64,000 nt of DNA. It comes from Agriterribacter sp. (GTDB lineage: Bacteria; Bacteroidota; Bacteroidia; Chitinophagales; Chitinophagaceae). The notes beneath the pieces were generated by a model. It was not told where the DNA came from. It did not search any database and worked only from the letters and a program-made list of their open reading frames with translations. How positions within the stretch are numbered: position 1 is the stretch's first letter; the number at the start of each line of letters is the position of its first letter. The stretch covers positions 17,674-81,673 of the forward strand of contig JBGALP010000003.1 of the NCBI GenBank assembly GCA_044223805.1, read 5' to 3'. Made by a program: the position numbers and the translations under genes. This document shows positions 9,926-21,721 of the stretch, piece after piece.

Positions 9926-12900
9926 TTGAAAAAAAGATTATTTTATACCTTATTCACACTATTGCTTGCTATTACCGTACATCCACAAACGCCGGTTGCG
10001 GATTTTTCTGCTTCATCGGTTTCAGGCTGCGCTCCCTTGGGTGTTAATTTTAAAGATTTATCTACAGGTGATCCAAAATATTGGGATTGGGATTTTGGTA
10101 ATGGTCAATTATCTAATCTTCAAAATCCAGGCGTTGTATTTTCACAGCCCGGCACTTATACTATCAAATTGGTTGTTCGTAATCCGGGTGGAGTAAATGG
10201 CATCACTAAAGAAGCTTATATAACAGTATTCCCATCGCCGATAGTTTCTTTTTCTACTGACAGAACAACAGCATGTTTACCAGCAGCTATAGATTTTACA
10301 GGCAATGCAACAACTACCGATGGCACAATAAGCAGTTACAAATGGAATTTTGGAGATGGAGAAACAGCAGATGGACAAAATGCGCAACATACTTACAATC
10401 AAACAGGATATTATACCGTAACCTTAAATGCTACCAGTAGTAACGGATGTATAGGGCAACGAAGTATAGGCCGCTACATCAGGGTAGTTTCCGGTATTGT
10501 GGCAGATTTTACCAGTAAACCACCGGAACAATGTAAAGCCCCCTTTAATGTAATGTTTAATAATGAATCAAGTGGTCCAGGTACGTTAACCTATTTATGG
10601 GACTTTGGAAATGGTATTACTTCAACTGACAAGAACCCAACCGTAACATATAACAACAGTGATAATTATAACGTAAAACTTACTACTAAAAGTAGTTTTG
10701 GGTGCGAATCTGTTGTAGATAGTATCATACCTGTGACTACTTATGCTACTACATTTACTGTTCCGGATCGCGCTTGTACTAATCAACAGATCAATTTTCA
10801 AAATGGCTCGGCACCCGGAGCTTCTGCTGTGTGGAGTTTTGGCGATGGAACACAAACTTCTGAGTTTTCTCCCATAAAATCTTATGGCGTACCTAATAGT
10901 TATACTGTAAAACTGGTGAATCGTTTCCAGAATTGTACAGATTCTTTAACCAAAGTAATCAAGATTGTAAAACCAACGGTAGATTTTACTTCACCAAATA
11001 ATACTGGTTGTGGCACTCCCTTAACGGTGAATTTCCAAAATAATACGCCTGATGTAACATCATGGAAATGGGATTTTGGTGATGGCAGCACAGCTAATAC
11101 ACAGAATCCAACTCATGAATATTTGATTCCCGGTAAATATAGTGTAACGTTAACCGTTACTACCTCTACCGGATGTGATGCCTCGCTTACGAAAACCAAT
11201 TTTGTTTCAATAATACCACCAACTATATCTATTAATAATTTACCTGGCAGTGGTTGTGCTCCCCTCAATATATCGCCGGTAGCCTCAGCAAGCTCACCTG
11301 GTGGCATATCCTCTTATTCATGGGATTTTGGAGATGGTTCACCTGTAGTAACAGGTACACTCACACCTTTACATATCTATGCTACCCCGGGAACATATAC
11401 CCTAACCTTGACTGTTACTACAGGTGATGGATGCGTTCAACCAACAACAACAATTATAAAAGTAGGAGATAAACCTTCTTCTGTTGATTTTACCGCAGCT
11501 CCTTCCGGACTTTGTGTATCTGATACAGTGAAGTTTACACCTATTACGCCCGATGCTAATGAATGGTTTTGGGATTTTGGAGATGGAGATACTTCAACAC
11601 AACAATATCCCAATCATATATACCAGGATACCGGTAAGCTTAGCGTCACATTAATAGCAGCTAACAATGGCTGTCAAGCAGCTCCTCTTACTAAACCTGA
11701 TTTTATAACTAAAGTTGCTCCTGTGGCCAAATTCGGCGTAAAAGTAGATTGCAATAACCGCTTAGGAGTTATTTTCAGTGACAGTTCAATCGTTAAAAGT
11801 GGCTCAACCAATACTTATGCCTGGGATTTTGGAGATGGTGAAACATCTTCTACTGCAAGCCCGGGTTTACATTCTTATGCGCAGGCAGGAAACTACAATG
11901 TAAAACTTACGATAAAAGAAGATGGTGGTGGCTGCGAGAGTATAAAAATAATCAAGGTTTATCTTGATCCGTTAGATGGGAGTTTCACCCTATCCAAAAC
12001 AAAACTTTGTTTAAGTGAAACGCTCACCCTAACCGCAGCCGAAGATAGTGCCAGAGTAACATCTTTTAACTGGACGGTCGGTAATTCATCTTTTGACAGA
12101 GCAAAGATGATAGATACGTTATTTAGTAGCGATAATACATATGACGTTACATTATTGGTAACGGATAAGTATAACTGCACTGCTACAAGCACGCAGTCTG
12201 TAATAGTTACCAAGCCTGTAGCTTTGTTTACTCCTGATGTATCAAATATATGTGGAACAAGCCCGGTTACATTTACTGATCAATCTACCTCGTCTGTTGG
12301 TATAGCCGAGTGGAAATGGGATTTTGGCGATGGTAATACACAAACTTTTACTGCGCCACCTTTCTCACATCAATATACTGATACCGGCTCTTTTTCTATT
12401 AAGCTCACTATAAAAGATATAGCCGGTTGTATTAATGAATACACACGAACGCAACCATTCACAACATCTTCTCCGCGGGCAATATTCGGCACAGCAACAG
12501 CAATGTCATGTCCCGGTGCCATCATATTATTTAATGACTCATCATTAGGCAGAAACTTAACTTATGCCTGGGATTTTGGGAATGGACAAACTTCAACCGA
12601 CCAGAATCCGTCTACTACATATATTGCAGGTACCTACCCGGTTAAGTTAGTGGTAACAGATACATTGGGATGTGCGGACTCTCTTGTAAAAAATAACTAT
12701 ATTAGTGTGAAGGCGCCTGTTGCAGCATTTGATATACAGGATACTTCTTCAATATGCGGTTTACTTGAAACAAAGTTTTTTATTCAGGGCGGTGATTATG
12801 AATCCTTCTATTGGGACTTTGGCGATGGTTCACCCTTCGCAACTACGCCTACTCCCAAACACTTTTACGATACTTATGGAAATTATACAACCAAGCTATT

Positions 12901-14242
12901 TGTGAAGGGGTATGGCGGTTGTATTGATTCGGCTATGCACGGGGTTAATGTATATAATCCTGTTACGGCTACTAAAATAGATTATACCGTTCCAACTTTT
13001 GCCTGCAACCAACTACCGGTAGAATTTAATATTGAAACACCCCCCGGTACGGATTTTAAATTTTTGTATGGTGATGGTATCATTGATTCTTCCGGACAAA
13101 CTACGCTTAACCACACTTACAATTATCCCAATAATTATGTTCCTGCCGTTTTTTTAAAAGATGCTCAGGATTGCCAGGTGTATGTGTATGGATCTAAAAC
13201 CATTGCCATCAAAGGCGCTGTGCCTGTATTTAATATTGATAAAAAAAGTTTTTGCGATTCAGGAACGATATTCCTCACAAACTTTACCATTAGTAATGAT
13301 CCTGTTGTTTCACAGGTATGGAACTTTGGCGACGGCACAACGCAGGATATAAAGGATCCTGTACCGCATAGCTATACGCAGCCTGCATCTTACCCTGTTT
13401 CGCTCACCGTTACTACGCAAAGTAATTGCACACAAACTTTTACCGATACGGTGCGGATTTTTCGTACACCCGTTCCTGTTATTGATATCGGTTCTATCAG
13501 TTGTATAAACAGGGTAATCAATTTTAACGGATCGCTGGTACAGGCTGATACAGCTATACAATGGAACTGGACGTTTGGTGATGGAAGAACATCTGCCGAA
13601 CAAAACAATGCAATCACTTACGATAAGACCGGAAATTATATGATAACACTCACTGCAGCTAATAAATTAGGTTGCAGTAATAAGGATACTGCAACCTTAA
13701 ATATAGCTCCATTACCGGTAATCACAGCTCAAAGCGTTACTATACCTGTAGGAGGGGAAGTAATGTTACCAGTAACTTACAGCAGCGGCACTGTTCAGTA
13801 CAACTGGAGTCCGCCCGATGGGTTAAGCTGTATTAATTGTCCAACACCATTAGCCAAGCCCAAAATTACTACCGTTTATACCGTTAATGTAACGGATAGC
13901 AATACTTGTACAAGCTCTGCCACTATTACAGTAAATGTTGCATGTAATGCTGAAAATTATTTTGTGCCGAATACTTTTTCACCTAACGGTGATGGGATGA
14001 ATGATATTTTTTATCCGAGGGGAAGAGGCCTTGCCAGTGTACAATCCATGAAAATATTCAGCCGTTTCGGGCAGGCTATATTTGACAGAAGGAATTTTAC
14101 CGCCAACGATCCATCAAAAGGATGGGATGGCAAACTGGGAGGCACACCCGCGCCTCCTGATGTGTACGTTTATATTATTGAGTTTGTTTGCGAGAATGCG
14201 CAGATTGTAACTATGAAAGGAAATATTACATTAATAAGGTAG
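9926..14242 (+). CDS. Large PKD-repeat surface protein with gliding-motility-associated (T9SS type B) C-terminal domain
   Basis: Many WDFGDG/WDFGNG PKD repeats; C-terminus VPNTFSPNGDGMNDIF...GWDG...VYVY...KGNITLIR. Confidence 0.92.
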   Translation: MKKRLFYTLFTLLLAITVHPQTPVADFSASSVSGCAPLGVNFKDLSTGDPKYWDWDFGNGQLSNLQNPGVVFSQPGTYTIKLVVRNPGGVNGITKEAYITVFPSPIVSFSTDRTTACLPAAIDFTGNATTTDGTISSYKWNFGDGETADGQNAQHTYNQTGYYTVTLNATSSNGCIGQRSIGRYIRVVSGIVADFTSKPPEQCKAPFNVMFNNESSGPGTLTYLWDFGNGITSTDKNPTVTYNNSDNYNVKLTTKSSFGCESVVDSIIPVTTYATTFTVPDRACTNQQINFQNGSAPGASAVWSFGDGTQTSEFSPIKSYGVPNSYTVKLVNRFQNCTDSLTKVIKIVKPTVDFTSPNNTGCGTPLTVNFQNNTPDVTSWKWDFGDGSTANTQNPTHEYLIPGKYSVTLTVTTSTGCDASLTKTNFVSIIPPTISINNLPGSGCAPLNISPVASASSPGGISSYSWDFGDGSPVVTGTLTPLHIYATPGTYTLTLTVTTGDGCVQPTTTIIKVGDKPSSVDFTAAPSGLCVSDTVKFTPITPDANEWFWDFGDGDTSTQQYPNHIYQDTGKLSVTLIAANNGCQAAPLTKPDFITKVAPVAKFGVKVDCNNRLGVIFSDSSIVKSGSTNTYAWDFGDGETSSTASPGLHSYAQAGNYNVKLTIKEDGGGCESIKIIKVYLDPLDGSFTLSKTKLCLSETLTLTAAEDSARVTSFNWTVGNSSFDRAKMIDTLFSSDNTYDVTLLVTDKYNCTATSTQSVIVTKPVALFTPDVSNICGTSPVTFTDQSTSSVGIAEWKWDFGDGNTQTFTAPPFSHQYTDTGSFSIKLTIKDIAGCINEYTRTQPFTTSSPRAIFGTATAMSCPGAIILFNDSSLGRNLTYAWDFGNGQTSTDQNPSTTYIAGTYPVKLVVTDTLGCADSLVKNNYISVKAPVAAFDIQDTSSICGLLETKFFIQGGDYESFYWDFGDGSPFATTPTPKHFYDTYGNYTTKLFVKGYGGCIDSAMHGVNVYNPVTATKIDYTVPTFACNQLPVEFNIETPPGTDFKFLYGDGIIDSSGQTTLNHTYNYPNNYVPAVFLKDAQDCQVYVYGSKTIAIKGAVPVFNIDKKSFCDSGTIFLTNFTISNDPVVSQVWNFGDGTTQDIKDPVPHSYTQPASYPVSLTVTTQSNCTQTFTDTVRIFRTPVPVIDIGSISCINRVINFNGSLVQADTAIQWNWTFGDGRTSAEQNNAITYDKTGNYMITLTAANKLGCSNKDTATLNIAPLPVITAQSVTIPVGGEVMLPVTYSSGTVQYNWSPPDGLSCINCPTPLAKPKITTVYTVNVTDSNTCTSSATITVNVACNAENYFVPNTFSPNGDGMNDIFYPRGRGLASVQSMKIFSRFGQAIFDRRNFTANDPSKGWDGKLGGTPAPPDVYVYIIEFVCENAQIVTMKGNITLIR

Positions 14243-15301
14243 TTGATGAAGTGCAATAAAAACATAACATCCTTCTTAAAGAATACCACATTGGTAAAAT
14301 ATCATTTCGTTGTAATAACGTTGATGATCTGCTTTGCCGTTAATGGACAGGATCTGCATTTTTCTCAATTTTACGAAACACCTTTAGTTAGAAATCCCGC
14401 TTTGGCAGGGTTGTTTGAAGGTGATGTAAGAGTACAGATGGTGTACCGCAATCAGTGGGCAAGCGTTACTACGCCATATCAAACAGGATCGCTAAATGGT
14501 GAATATAAATTTGGAGTAGGAAAAGGAGATGATTTTGTAACAGCCGGTTTACAGGTATTGTGGGATAAGGCTGGCTCAGTAGCTTTAACTACTACACATT
14601 TGTTACCTGCAGTAAACTATCACAAATCCTTAAGTGCTGATAAAAACAGGTATTTATCGCTCGGATTTATCGGAGGCTGGATTTCACGCCGCCTTGACCG
14701 GTCGAAAGTTACTACCAATAACCAGTATGATGGATTTGGTTATAATGGCTCATTGCCTGATGGAGAAACATTTGTTGCTAATTATTCCTATTTTGATGCA
14801 GGTGTTGGCATGAGTTATAATGCCTCTATCGGTGAGAATAAAGACAATAATTTTTATGTTGGGCTAGCCTATCATCATTTTAATAAACCAACTAATGGTT
14901 TTTACCAGCAATTACAACATTTGCCCAAATGGGTAGGATCCGCAGGATTAAGAACTGCCATTGGTGAACTTACTTACGTAACCTTGAATGCTGATGTAAG
15001 TATTCAGGGCGTGTTCAAAGAATATATAGGAGGCGCTATGTTTTCCCGCAGAATAGGAGATGCGGAAGTGCCTGACTATACTATTCACGCGGGGGCGTAT
15101 TTAAGGTGGCAGGATGCTATTATACCTGTAGTAAAGCTTGATTATAACCCTTTTTCTATTGCTTTTAGCTATGATATGAATATCTCCCAGTTGCGCACGG
15201 TCAGTCAGGGAAGAGGCGGGTTTGAACTCTCTATCAGCTATATCGGTTTTCTTAATAGCGACAGAACTACTAAGGGTATTTTGAGATGTCCGCGTTTTTA
15301 A
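14243..15301 (+). CDS. PorP/SprF family type IX secretion membrane protein
   Basis: QDLHFSQFY..P...NPALAG, YRNQW, FSYD, GGFELSI; directly follows a type B CTD gene. Confidence 0.92.
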   Translation: MMKCNKNITSFLKNTTLVKYHFVVITLMICFAVNGQDLHFSQFYETPLVRNPALAGLFEGDVRVQMVYRNQWASVTTPYQTGSLNGEYKFGVGKGDDFVTAGLQVLWDKAGSVALTTTHLLPAVNYHKSLSADKNRYLSLGFIGGWISRRLDRSKVTTNNQYDGFGYNGSLPDGETFVANYSYFDAGVGMSYNASIGENKDNNFYVGLAYHHFNKPTNGFYQQLQHLPKWVGSAGLRTAIGELTYVTLNADVSIQGVFKEYIGGAMFSRRIGDAEVPDYTIHAGAYLRWQDAIIPVVKLDYNPFSIAFSYDMNISQLRTVSQGRGGFELSISYIGFLNSDRTTKGILRCPRF

Positions 15302-15410
15302 CCATCCAAACCCCTGATAATCTTCCCTTAATTACCATTTATAAATAACCATCCTATACTTTGAAGCATAAAATTTGCGTTTATTTTTGAGTATAATGTG
15401 TTATTTTTAT

Positions 15411-15761
15411 ATGGTGAGAATTTCTACGCTTACTTTTTTACTGGGGCTTTTACTACATTTTTCCGGCATTAGCCAGGAAAAATTTCCTGTTGTAAATAAA
15501 GATGCGTCTACTTTTAAAATCGTAAAATTCTACCCCAACCCAGCTACTACTGCCATTACATTTGAATTTCAAAAAGGCAAAGAAATTTCATACAATCTTC
15601 AGATCTATAATTTTCTCGGCAAAAAAGTGCTTGAAATAAAAAATACTACAGCAAGTAACCAGGTCAATCTAAGCGATTTTGACCGTGGTGTTTACATTTT
15701 TCAACTTCGGGATCTTAACGGCAGAATTATTGAATCAGGTAAATTTCAGGTATCCAAATAG
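15411..15761 (+). CDS. Small protein made of a signal peptide plus a T9SS type A sorting domain
   Basis: FYPNPA, IYNFLGKKV, GVYIFQL, GKFQVSK; start moved to MVRIST at 15411 (ORF track starts at 15375). Confidence 0.8.
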   Translation: MVRISTLTFLLGLLLHFSGISQEKFPVVNKDASTFKIVKFYPNPATTAITFEFQKGKEISYNLQIYNFLGKKVLEIKNTTASNQVNLSDFDRGVYIFQLRDLNGRIIESGKFQVSK

Positions 15762-15836
15762 CTTATTTAACCAGTCATCATAATCGTATAATTCCGTAAA
15801 GCGGTTTACATTATCTTTCTGGTATAATATATTTGA

Positions 15837-16034
15837 TTGGCTATGATTACTTTTCTGCTTTGGTTGATATTATTCGCACTGTGTGCTCCCTTAGCTATTA
15901 TCGCGCTTATTCTATATCCCATTATGTGGCTGTTGTTATTGCCCTTTCGTTTGCTCGGCTTTGCCGTTGACGGTGTGTTATCATTAGTCAAAGAAATTTT
16001 CTTGCTGCCTTCGCGGCTGTTAAAGCGCATATAA
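15837..16034 (+). CDS. Small hydrophobic membrane protein
   Basis: 65 aa, two hydrophobic stretches, LLLLPFRLLG motif. Confidence 0.7.
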   Translation: MAMITFLLWLILFALCAPLAIIALILYPIMWLLLLPFRLLGFAVDGVLSLVKEIFLLPSRLLKRI

Positions 16035-16095
16035 AAGTCCACAATTACACCTTCTGGTTACTAAGAACTCTTTACTCCCTTCTTCTTAGTTTCCT

Positions 16096-16103
16096 TACCT
16101 TTG
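16096..16103 (+). promoter_or_regulatory. Bacteroidota -7 promoter box for secA
   Basis: TACCTTTG matches TAnnTTTG, about 100 nt before the ATG. Confidence 0.6.
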
Positions 16104-16200
16104 TCGTCCTTTCTGACAGAATGGCTGCCACTAAAAACAGCATTATATTTGACAGACAGGGGAGGATCACGCTAAAACTTATTACTAATACATTCTTAAC

Positions 16201-19200
16201 ATGTTGCAATTTATTTCTAAACTTTTTGGTGGAAACAAGTCGGAGAAGGATATAAAAGCTATTAACCCACTGGTTGAAAAGATAAATGCCCATTTTGTTT
16301 CTTATGCGCAATTGTCTAACGATGAGCTCAGGGCTAAAACCACAGCATTTAAAACTCGTATTAAAGCATTTATTGCTGAAACAGAAAATGAAATAGCAGA
16401 CCTTAAAAAGAAAGCGGAAGAACTTCCTTTTAATGAAATTGTTCAAAAGGATGAAATTTATCAGCAGGTAGATAAGCTTGCAAAAAAGAGAAACGAAAAA
16501 ATTGAAGAAGCGCTGAATGAAATTTTACCTGAAGCTTTTGCAGTGGTAAAAGAAGCTGCTAACCGTTTTGCTAACAATAGTGAACTTGAAGCTACAGCTA
16601 CAGATCTTGACAGGGAATTAAGCGTTAAAAAACCACACATCACAATTAATGGTGATAAGGTGATTTACAAAAATAAATGGATAGCGGGTGGTAATGAGAT
16701 TACGTGGAATATGGTGCATTATGATGTACAGTTGTTGGGAGGTATTGTGTTACACCAGGGTAAAATAGCGGAGATGGCTACCGGTGAGGGTAAAACACTG
16801 GTATCTACACTTCCTGCATATCTTAATGCCCTTGCGGATGAAGGGGTGCACATTGTAACAGTGAACGACTATCTTGCTAAACGTGACTCCGAATGGAATG
16901 GTACCTTGTATGAATTTCTTGGTTTGACGGTTGATTGTATTGATCGTCATCAACCCAATAGTTCGGAACGCAGAAAAGCTTACCAGGCAAGTATTACATA
17001 TGGCACCAATAATGAATTTGGTTTTGATTATCTCCGTGATAATATGGTGCACAATCCCGATGAAATGGTGCAGCGGAAACACCACTACGCAATGGTAGAT
17101 GAGGTGGATAGTGTTTTGATTGATGATGCACGTACACCATTAATCATTTCGGGTCCGGTAAGTAAAGGAGGCGACGACCAGCAATATATTCAGTTAAAGC
17201 CACGTGTGTCGCAATTGGTAGAGGCGCAAAAGCAGGTAACCAATAAGTCATTGATAGAGGCGAAGAAATTAATCGCTGATGGTAAGGATGATCCAAAGGA
17301 AGGTGGCTTGTTATTGATGCGTGCTTACAGAGGATTACCCAAAAACACAGCGTTGATTAAGTATTTAAGTGAGCCAGGCATAAGAGTGAAGTTGCAGAAG
17401 TCAGAGAACTATTACCTGGCAGATCAACAGAAGCAGATGCATATAGTAGATGAGGAGCTGTATTTTCATATTGATGAGAAAAATAACCAGGTTGAGCTTA
17501 CTGAAAAAGGGTTGCAATACATTACAAGGTCTGGAGAAGATCCAAACTTCTTTGTATTGCCCGACCTGAGTATTCAGTTGTCTGATATTGAAAAAAGTAA
17601 CGATAGTACAGAAGACAAGCTTCATAAAAAAGAACTGATATTAAATGAATACGGTCAGAAAGCCGATCGTATTCACACTGTTCAACAATTATTGAAGTCT
17701 TATACATTATTTGAAAAAGATGTGGAGTATATCGTAATTGAAGGGCAGGTTAAAATAGTAGATGAGCAAACAGGTCGTATTATGGAAGGACGTCGTTACA
17801 GCGACGGATTGCACCAGGCGATTGAAGCAAAGGAAAACGTGAAGGTAGAAGCGGCTACTCAAACCTATGCTACCGTTACCTTACAGAACTTTTTCAGAAT
17901 GTACCATAAACTTGCCGGTATGACGGGTACTGCAGAAACTGAAGCCGGTGAGTTCTGGAGTATTTATAAACTGGATGTGGTTTCCATTCCTACAAATATT
18001 TCTATTACACGTAAAGATGAGCAGGATCTTGTATACAAAACCAAGCGCGAAAAATATAAATCCGTTATTGAAGAAATAGAAAAACTTCGCAACAGCGGTA
18101 GACCAACATTGGTTGGTACAACTTCCGTAGAAGTAAGTGAATTGCTGAGTAAAATGTTGCAGGCAAGAAAAATTCCACACAATGTATTAAATGCAAAACA
18201 ACACGCCCGTGAAGCACAGGTTGTTTTAGAAGCCGGGTTGAGTGGTGCTGTAACTATAGCAACTAACATGGCTGGTCGCGGTACGGATATAAAACTCGGT
18301 CCCGGTGTAAAAGAAGCGGGTGGTCTGGCTATTATTGGTACAGAGCGTCACGAGTCGCGTCGCGTAGACAGGCAGTTAAGAGGTCGTGCCGGTCGCCAGG
18401 GTGATCCGGGTACTTCACAGTTTTATGTATCGCTTGAAGATGACCTCATGCGTATGTTTGGTAGCGAAAGAATAGCGTCGTTGATGGATAGAATGGGGTA
18501 TAAGGAAGGTGAGGTGATACAGCACAGCATGATTTCAAAAAGCATTGAGCGTGCACAAAAGAAAGTAGAAGAAAACAACTTTGGTATACGTAAACGGTTA
18601 CTTGAGTATGATGATGTAATGAACAAGCAGCGTAATGTTATATATACCAAACGTGAACACGCTTTGTTTGGCGATAGGCTTGCCCTTGACCTTGACAACG
18701 CTTTTTACAGCGTAGCCGAAGGACTTATCAATTCATTCCGTGAGCAGGATGATTACGAGGGTTTCAAACTTGCTGCTATCATACATTTTGGTATTGATAC
18801 CGCTATTACGCATGATGAGTTTGCAAAGAGTGATATTAACAAGGTTGCTGATACATTATATACAGAAGCGTCAGTGCAATACCAAAGCCGCAAGGATGGT
18901 GTAACTAAGCAGGCAATGCCGGTTTTCCAGAATATAAAACTGATGCAGGGTAACCATATTGAAAATGTAGTAGTGCCGTTTTCTGATGGCAAGAAGGGAA
19001 TACAGGTGTTGTCGAATATGAAGAAAACGTTGGACACACAAGGACTTGAATTGGCAAATGCACTGGAGAGAACCATTACACTGGCTGTTATTGATGAAGC
19101 ATGGAAAGAGCATTTACGTGCAATGGACGATCTGAAACATAGTGTACAAACAGCCGTGTATGAACAAAAAGATCCTTTGGTAATATACAAAACTACCGCG

Positions 19201-19533
19201 TTTGAATTATTCAGAAATATGGATGGCGATGTAAATCGCGATATCGTTTCATTCCTTTGCCATGCTGGTATACCGGTAGAACAAACAGCCAACCAGATAA
19301 AAGAAGGAAAAGAACAAAAAACCGATATGAGCCGGATGAAGGCCAATAAAGATGAAATTGACGCACGGGGTGATGATTATGCTGCAAATGAAAACGACTA
19401 CTTCGATCCTTCCTCAGGGGCTTCTGTAAAACAGGAACCCGTTAAGGTTGGTCCTAAAATAGGAAGGAATGATCCTTGTCCTTGCGGAAGCGGGAAAAAG
19501 TATAAGCAGTGCCATGGAAAAGATGTGGTGTAA
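16201..19533 (+). CDS. secA: Preprotein translocase subunit SecA
   Basis: [39 protein letters not shown] motif [19 protein letters not shown]. Confidence 0.99.
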   Translation: MLQFISKLFGGNKSEKDIKAINPLVEKINAHFVSYAQLSNDELRAKTTAFKTRIKAFIAETENEIADLKKKAEELPFNEIVQKDEIYQQVDKLAKKRNEKIEEALNEILPEAFAVVKEAANRFANNSELEATATDLDRELSVKKPHITINGDKVIYKNKWIAGGNEITWNMVHYDVQLLGGIVLHQGKIAEMATGEGKTLVSTLPAYLNALADEGVHIVTVNDYLAKRDSEWNGTLYEFLGLTVDCIDRHQPNSSERRKAYQASITYGTNNEFGFDYLRDNMVHNPDEMVQRKHHYAMVDEVDSVLIDDARTPLIISGPVSKGGDDQQYIQLKPRVSQLVEAQKQVTNKSLIEAKKLIADGKDDPKEGGLLLMRAYRGLPKNTALIKYLSEPGIRVKLQKSENYYLADQQKQMHIVDEELYFHIDEKNNQVELTEKGLQYITRSGEDPNFFVLPDLSIQLSDIEKSNDSTEDKLHKKELILNEYGQKADRIHTVQQLLKSYTLFEKDVEYIVIEGQVKIVDEQTGRIMEGRRYSDGLHQAIEAKENVKVEAATQTYATVTLQNFFRMYHKLAGMTGTAETEAGEFWSIYKLDVVSIPTNISITRKDEQDLVYKTKREKYKSVIEEIEKLRNSGRPTLVGTTSVEVSELLSKMLQARKIPHNVLNAKQHAREAQVVLEAGLSGAVTIATNMAGRGTDIKLGPGVKEAGGLAIIGTERHESRRVDRQLRGRAGRQGDPGTSQFYVSLEDDLMRMFGSERIASLMDRMGYKEGEVIQHSMISKSIERAQKKVEENNFGIRKRLLEYDDVMNKQRNVIYTKREHALFGDRLALDLDNAFYSVAEGLINSFREQDDYEGFKLAAIIHFGIDTAITHDEFAKSDINKVADTLYTEASVQYQSRKDGVTKQAMPVFQNIKLMQGNHIENVVVPFSDGKKGIQVLSNMKKTLDTQGLELANALERTITLAVIDEAWKEHLRAMDDLKHSVQTAVYEQKDPLVIYKTTAFELFRNMDGDVNRDIVSFLCHAGIPVEQTANQIKEGKEQKTDMSRMKANKDEIDARGDDYAANENDYFDPSSGASVKQEPVKVGPKIGRNDPCPCGSGKKYKQCHGKDVV

Positions 19534-19743
19534 TGATAAGAAGTAGGTTGCAGGAGGCAGCAACAGGCAGGAGGCGGTAGTAAGGAGGCAGGAAATAGGC
19601 ATTGGTGAGAAAGGTGTGAGGTTTAAGGTAGAGGGTGCATGCACTAAGTGATGATACAAAAATAAAAATATCTTAGTGAGCCTTTATGTCTCTTTGTATT
19701 CGGGATTCAATTTTCAAACCTGTCCGCCAAAGGCGGATTTCAA

Positions 19744-20415
19744 ATGTCAAATCTTAAATTGAACATCGCTTCTTATATAGATCACACCGCACTCAAGCCA
19801 ACCACCACAATAGGAGATATTTATAAACTTTGCGAAGAAGCAGCGGCTTTTGGTTTTGCGGCTGTTTGCGTGCCTCCTTTATATATCAAAATAGCCAGGC
19901 AACAACTTATTAATACTGCGGTGAAAATAGCTACTGTTATTGGTTTTCCGTTTGGTTATGCAGCTATTGAATCTAAAATTGCCGAAATAGTATTGAGTAT
20001 TGTAGATGATGTGGATGAACTGGATGTAGTGGTGAATATAACAGCTATAAAGAATGGTGACTGGCAATTTATTGCTAATGAAATTAATACTATACTACCT
20101 ATTATCAGGAGTAAAGAAAAAATCGTAAAAGTAATTATTGAGAGCGGCGTACTTACGGATGATGAGATTATAAAATGCTGTGAAATATATAGCGCCGCAG
20201 GAGTTGATTTTGTAAAAACCTCTACAGGATATGCAGAAAAAGGTGCATCAGTTGAGGCTGTACAATTAATACGGAAACATCTCGGACATCATGTAAAGAT
20301 TAAAGCATCCGGTGGAATAAAGACATTTGCTTTTGCAAAACAATTAATTGATGCAGGAGCTGATCGTATTGGGTGCAGCAGCAGTGTTGATATTGTAAAC
20401 CAATCGCTGGTGTGA
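19744..20415 (+). CDS. deoC: Deoxyribose-phosphate aldolase
   Basis: IDHTALKP, VIGFPFG, VKVIIE, FVKTSTG, KASGGI, RIGCSS. Confidence 0.95.
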   Translation: MSNLKLNIASYIDHTALKPTTTIGDIYKLCEEAAAFGFAAVCVPPLYIKIARQQLINTAVKIATVIGFPFGYAAIESKIAEIVLSIVDDVDELDVVVNITAIKNGDWQFIANEINTILPIIRSKEKIVKVIIESGVLTDDEIIKCCEIYSAAGVDFVKTSTGYAEKGASVEAVQLIRKHLGHHVKIKASGGIKTFAFAKQLIDAGADRIGCSSSVDIVNQSLV

Positions 20416-20501
20416 TTGGCATGATTTTGACATTTAACAGTTCGCTCATACCACGCTATTGCGTGTTTGATCAATAATCTTTTATTTTATTTAAAATTAA
20501 C

Positions 20502-20948
20502 TTGATGAAAACAGCGGTTGTTCTGTCCTTTTTTTTATTGGCGACCTATCTATGTTCAGCGCAAACCACCTCAGACCATCTTAAGAATATAACCGTACAG
20601 AAGGATGCGAGGTTAGAAGTATTGGTTAAAAAAAGCAGAGATATTAATGAAGAAGTATATTACAAAACAGTGAAGAACTTACCTGGTTACAGGGTACAGG
20701 TTATTAATACCAACGACCGCAACAAAGCGCTTGAAATTAAAACACGCCTGCTCAGCGACTTCCCCGAAGAAAAAACGTACCTTATGTATCATGCTCCATA
20801 TTTTAAAATACAGATGGGTAATTTCAGAACACGGGAAGATGCTGAAAAACTTATGAAAAAAATTAAGTCTTCCTACCCATCCGGTGTATTTATTGTTCCT
20901 TCGCGTATTGAGATCCGCCCATCAAAAGACGGAGAAATTATTTTGTAA
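20502..20948 (+). CDS. Secreted SPOR-domain protein
   Basis: Signal peptide; GYRVQV...A...K, PYFKIQMGNFRTREDA. Confidence 0.85.
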   Translation: MMKTAVVLSFFLLATYLCSAQTTSDHLKNITVQKDARLEVLVKKSRDINEEVYYKTVKNLPGYRVQVINTNDRNKALEIKTRLLSDFPEEKTYLMYHAPYFKIQMGNFRTREDAEKLMKKIKSSYPSGVFIVPSRIEIRPSKDGEIIL

Positions 20949-20961
20949 TAAAGTTTACAGT

Positions 20962-21633
20962 TTACTTTGCACTGATGATGACAGTGGAACCAGCACTACT
21001 ATCTGTTTTGATTATTCCAAATGAAGGCGCATACCATTCTGTTATTTCCATGTTTAATGGTATAGCAATTGGTCCGGTTTGAAGATTTAATTTAAGCGCA
21101 TATTTAATAATAAAGCATTCCCACTTTCCAGCACCGGTTGTAAGAGTTTCCATTCCAGTTACTGTTCTGTTGGTAATATCCATCTGCAGCATTTGTTTTA
21201 ATCCGTTTTTATCTACTTCCATTTCAAAGCTTCCGTCTTTTAAGTGATCTCCGGCTTTTAGTGTGGACGGATATTCCAAAAAAGTATTTTTTATTACAGC
21301 CTCGCCAGAGCCATACTGTTCAATTTGCTGTTGTGGAATAAATAATTTCATATCCACCAGTAATACATCACCTGTGCATTTTACTATATTATTGGTGTTG
21401 CTCAGCAGCTTTTTGTTTTTATCAAACAATTGTGCATTTACCTGCGAAGTAACAGTATTACCTTTAGTAACTACGTTGGAAATCCTGTAAATGATAAATC
21501 CATCATTGTCACCTCTTTTGTTGTAGTTGTCTGATTGAACAGTTTTCTTTCCAAGAAAATAATTAGTGCAATGCTGTGAAAAAGCGCAGACATACAGAGA
21601 TATAAAAGAAAAGATAAGCAACAGCTTTTTCAT
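20962..21633 (-). CDS. Secreted hypothetical protein (DUF3108/TapB-like)
   Basis: Signal peptide; ETLTTGAGKWECF and EWYAPSFGIIK. Confidence 0.7.
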   Translation of the reverse strand: MKKLLLIFSFISLYVCAFSQHCTNYFLGKKTVQSDNYNKRGDNDGFIIYRISNVVTKGNTVTSQVNAQLFDKNKKLLSNTNNIVKCTGDVLLVDMKLFIPQQQIEQYGSGEAVIKNTFLEYPSTLKAGDHLKDGSFEMEVDKNGLKQMLQMDITNRTVTGMETLTTGAGKWECFIIKYALKLNLQTGPIAIPLNMEITEWYAPSFGIIKTDSSAGSTVIISAK

Positions 21634-21721
21634 GAATCGGTTGTTGGATCAGGAAGGAAGATAATAAATAAAACTAAATGTTTTACAACCGGAATATATT
21701 AATGCGAGAGAGTGTGCTATA

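Noticed and set aside
16121-16255. 44-codon uORF overlapping the secA start, considered as a SecM-like monitor
   Set aside because: It has no signal-like N-terminus and overlaps secA out of frame; its CC arises from the secA start sequence.
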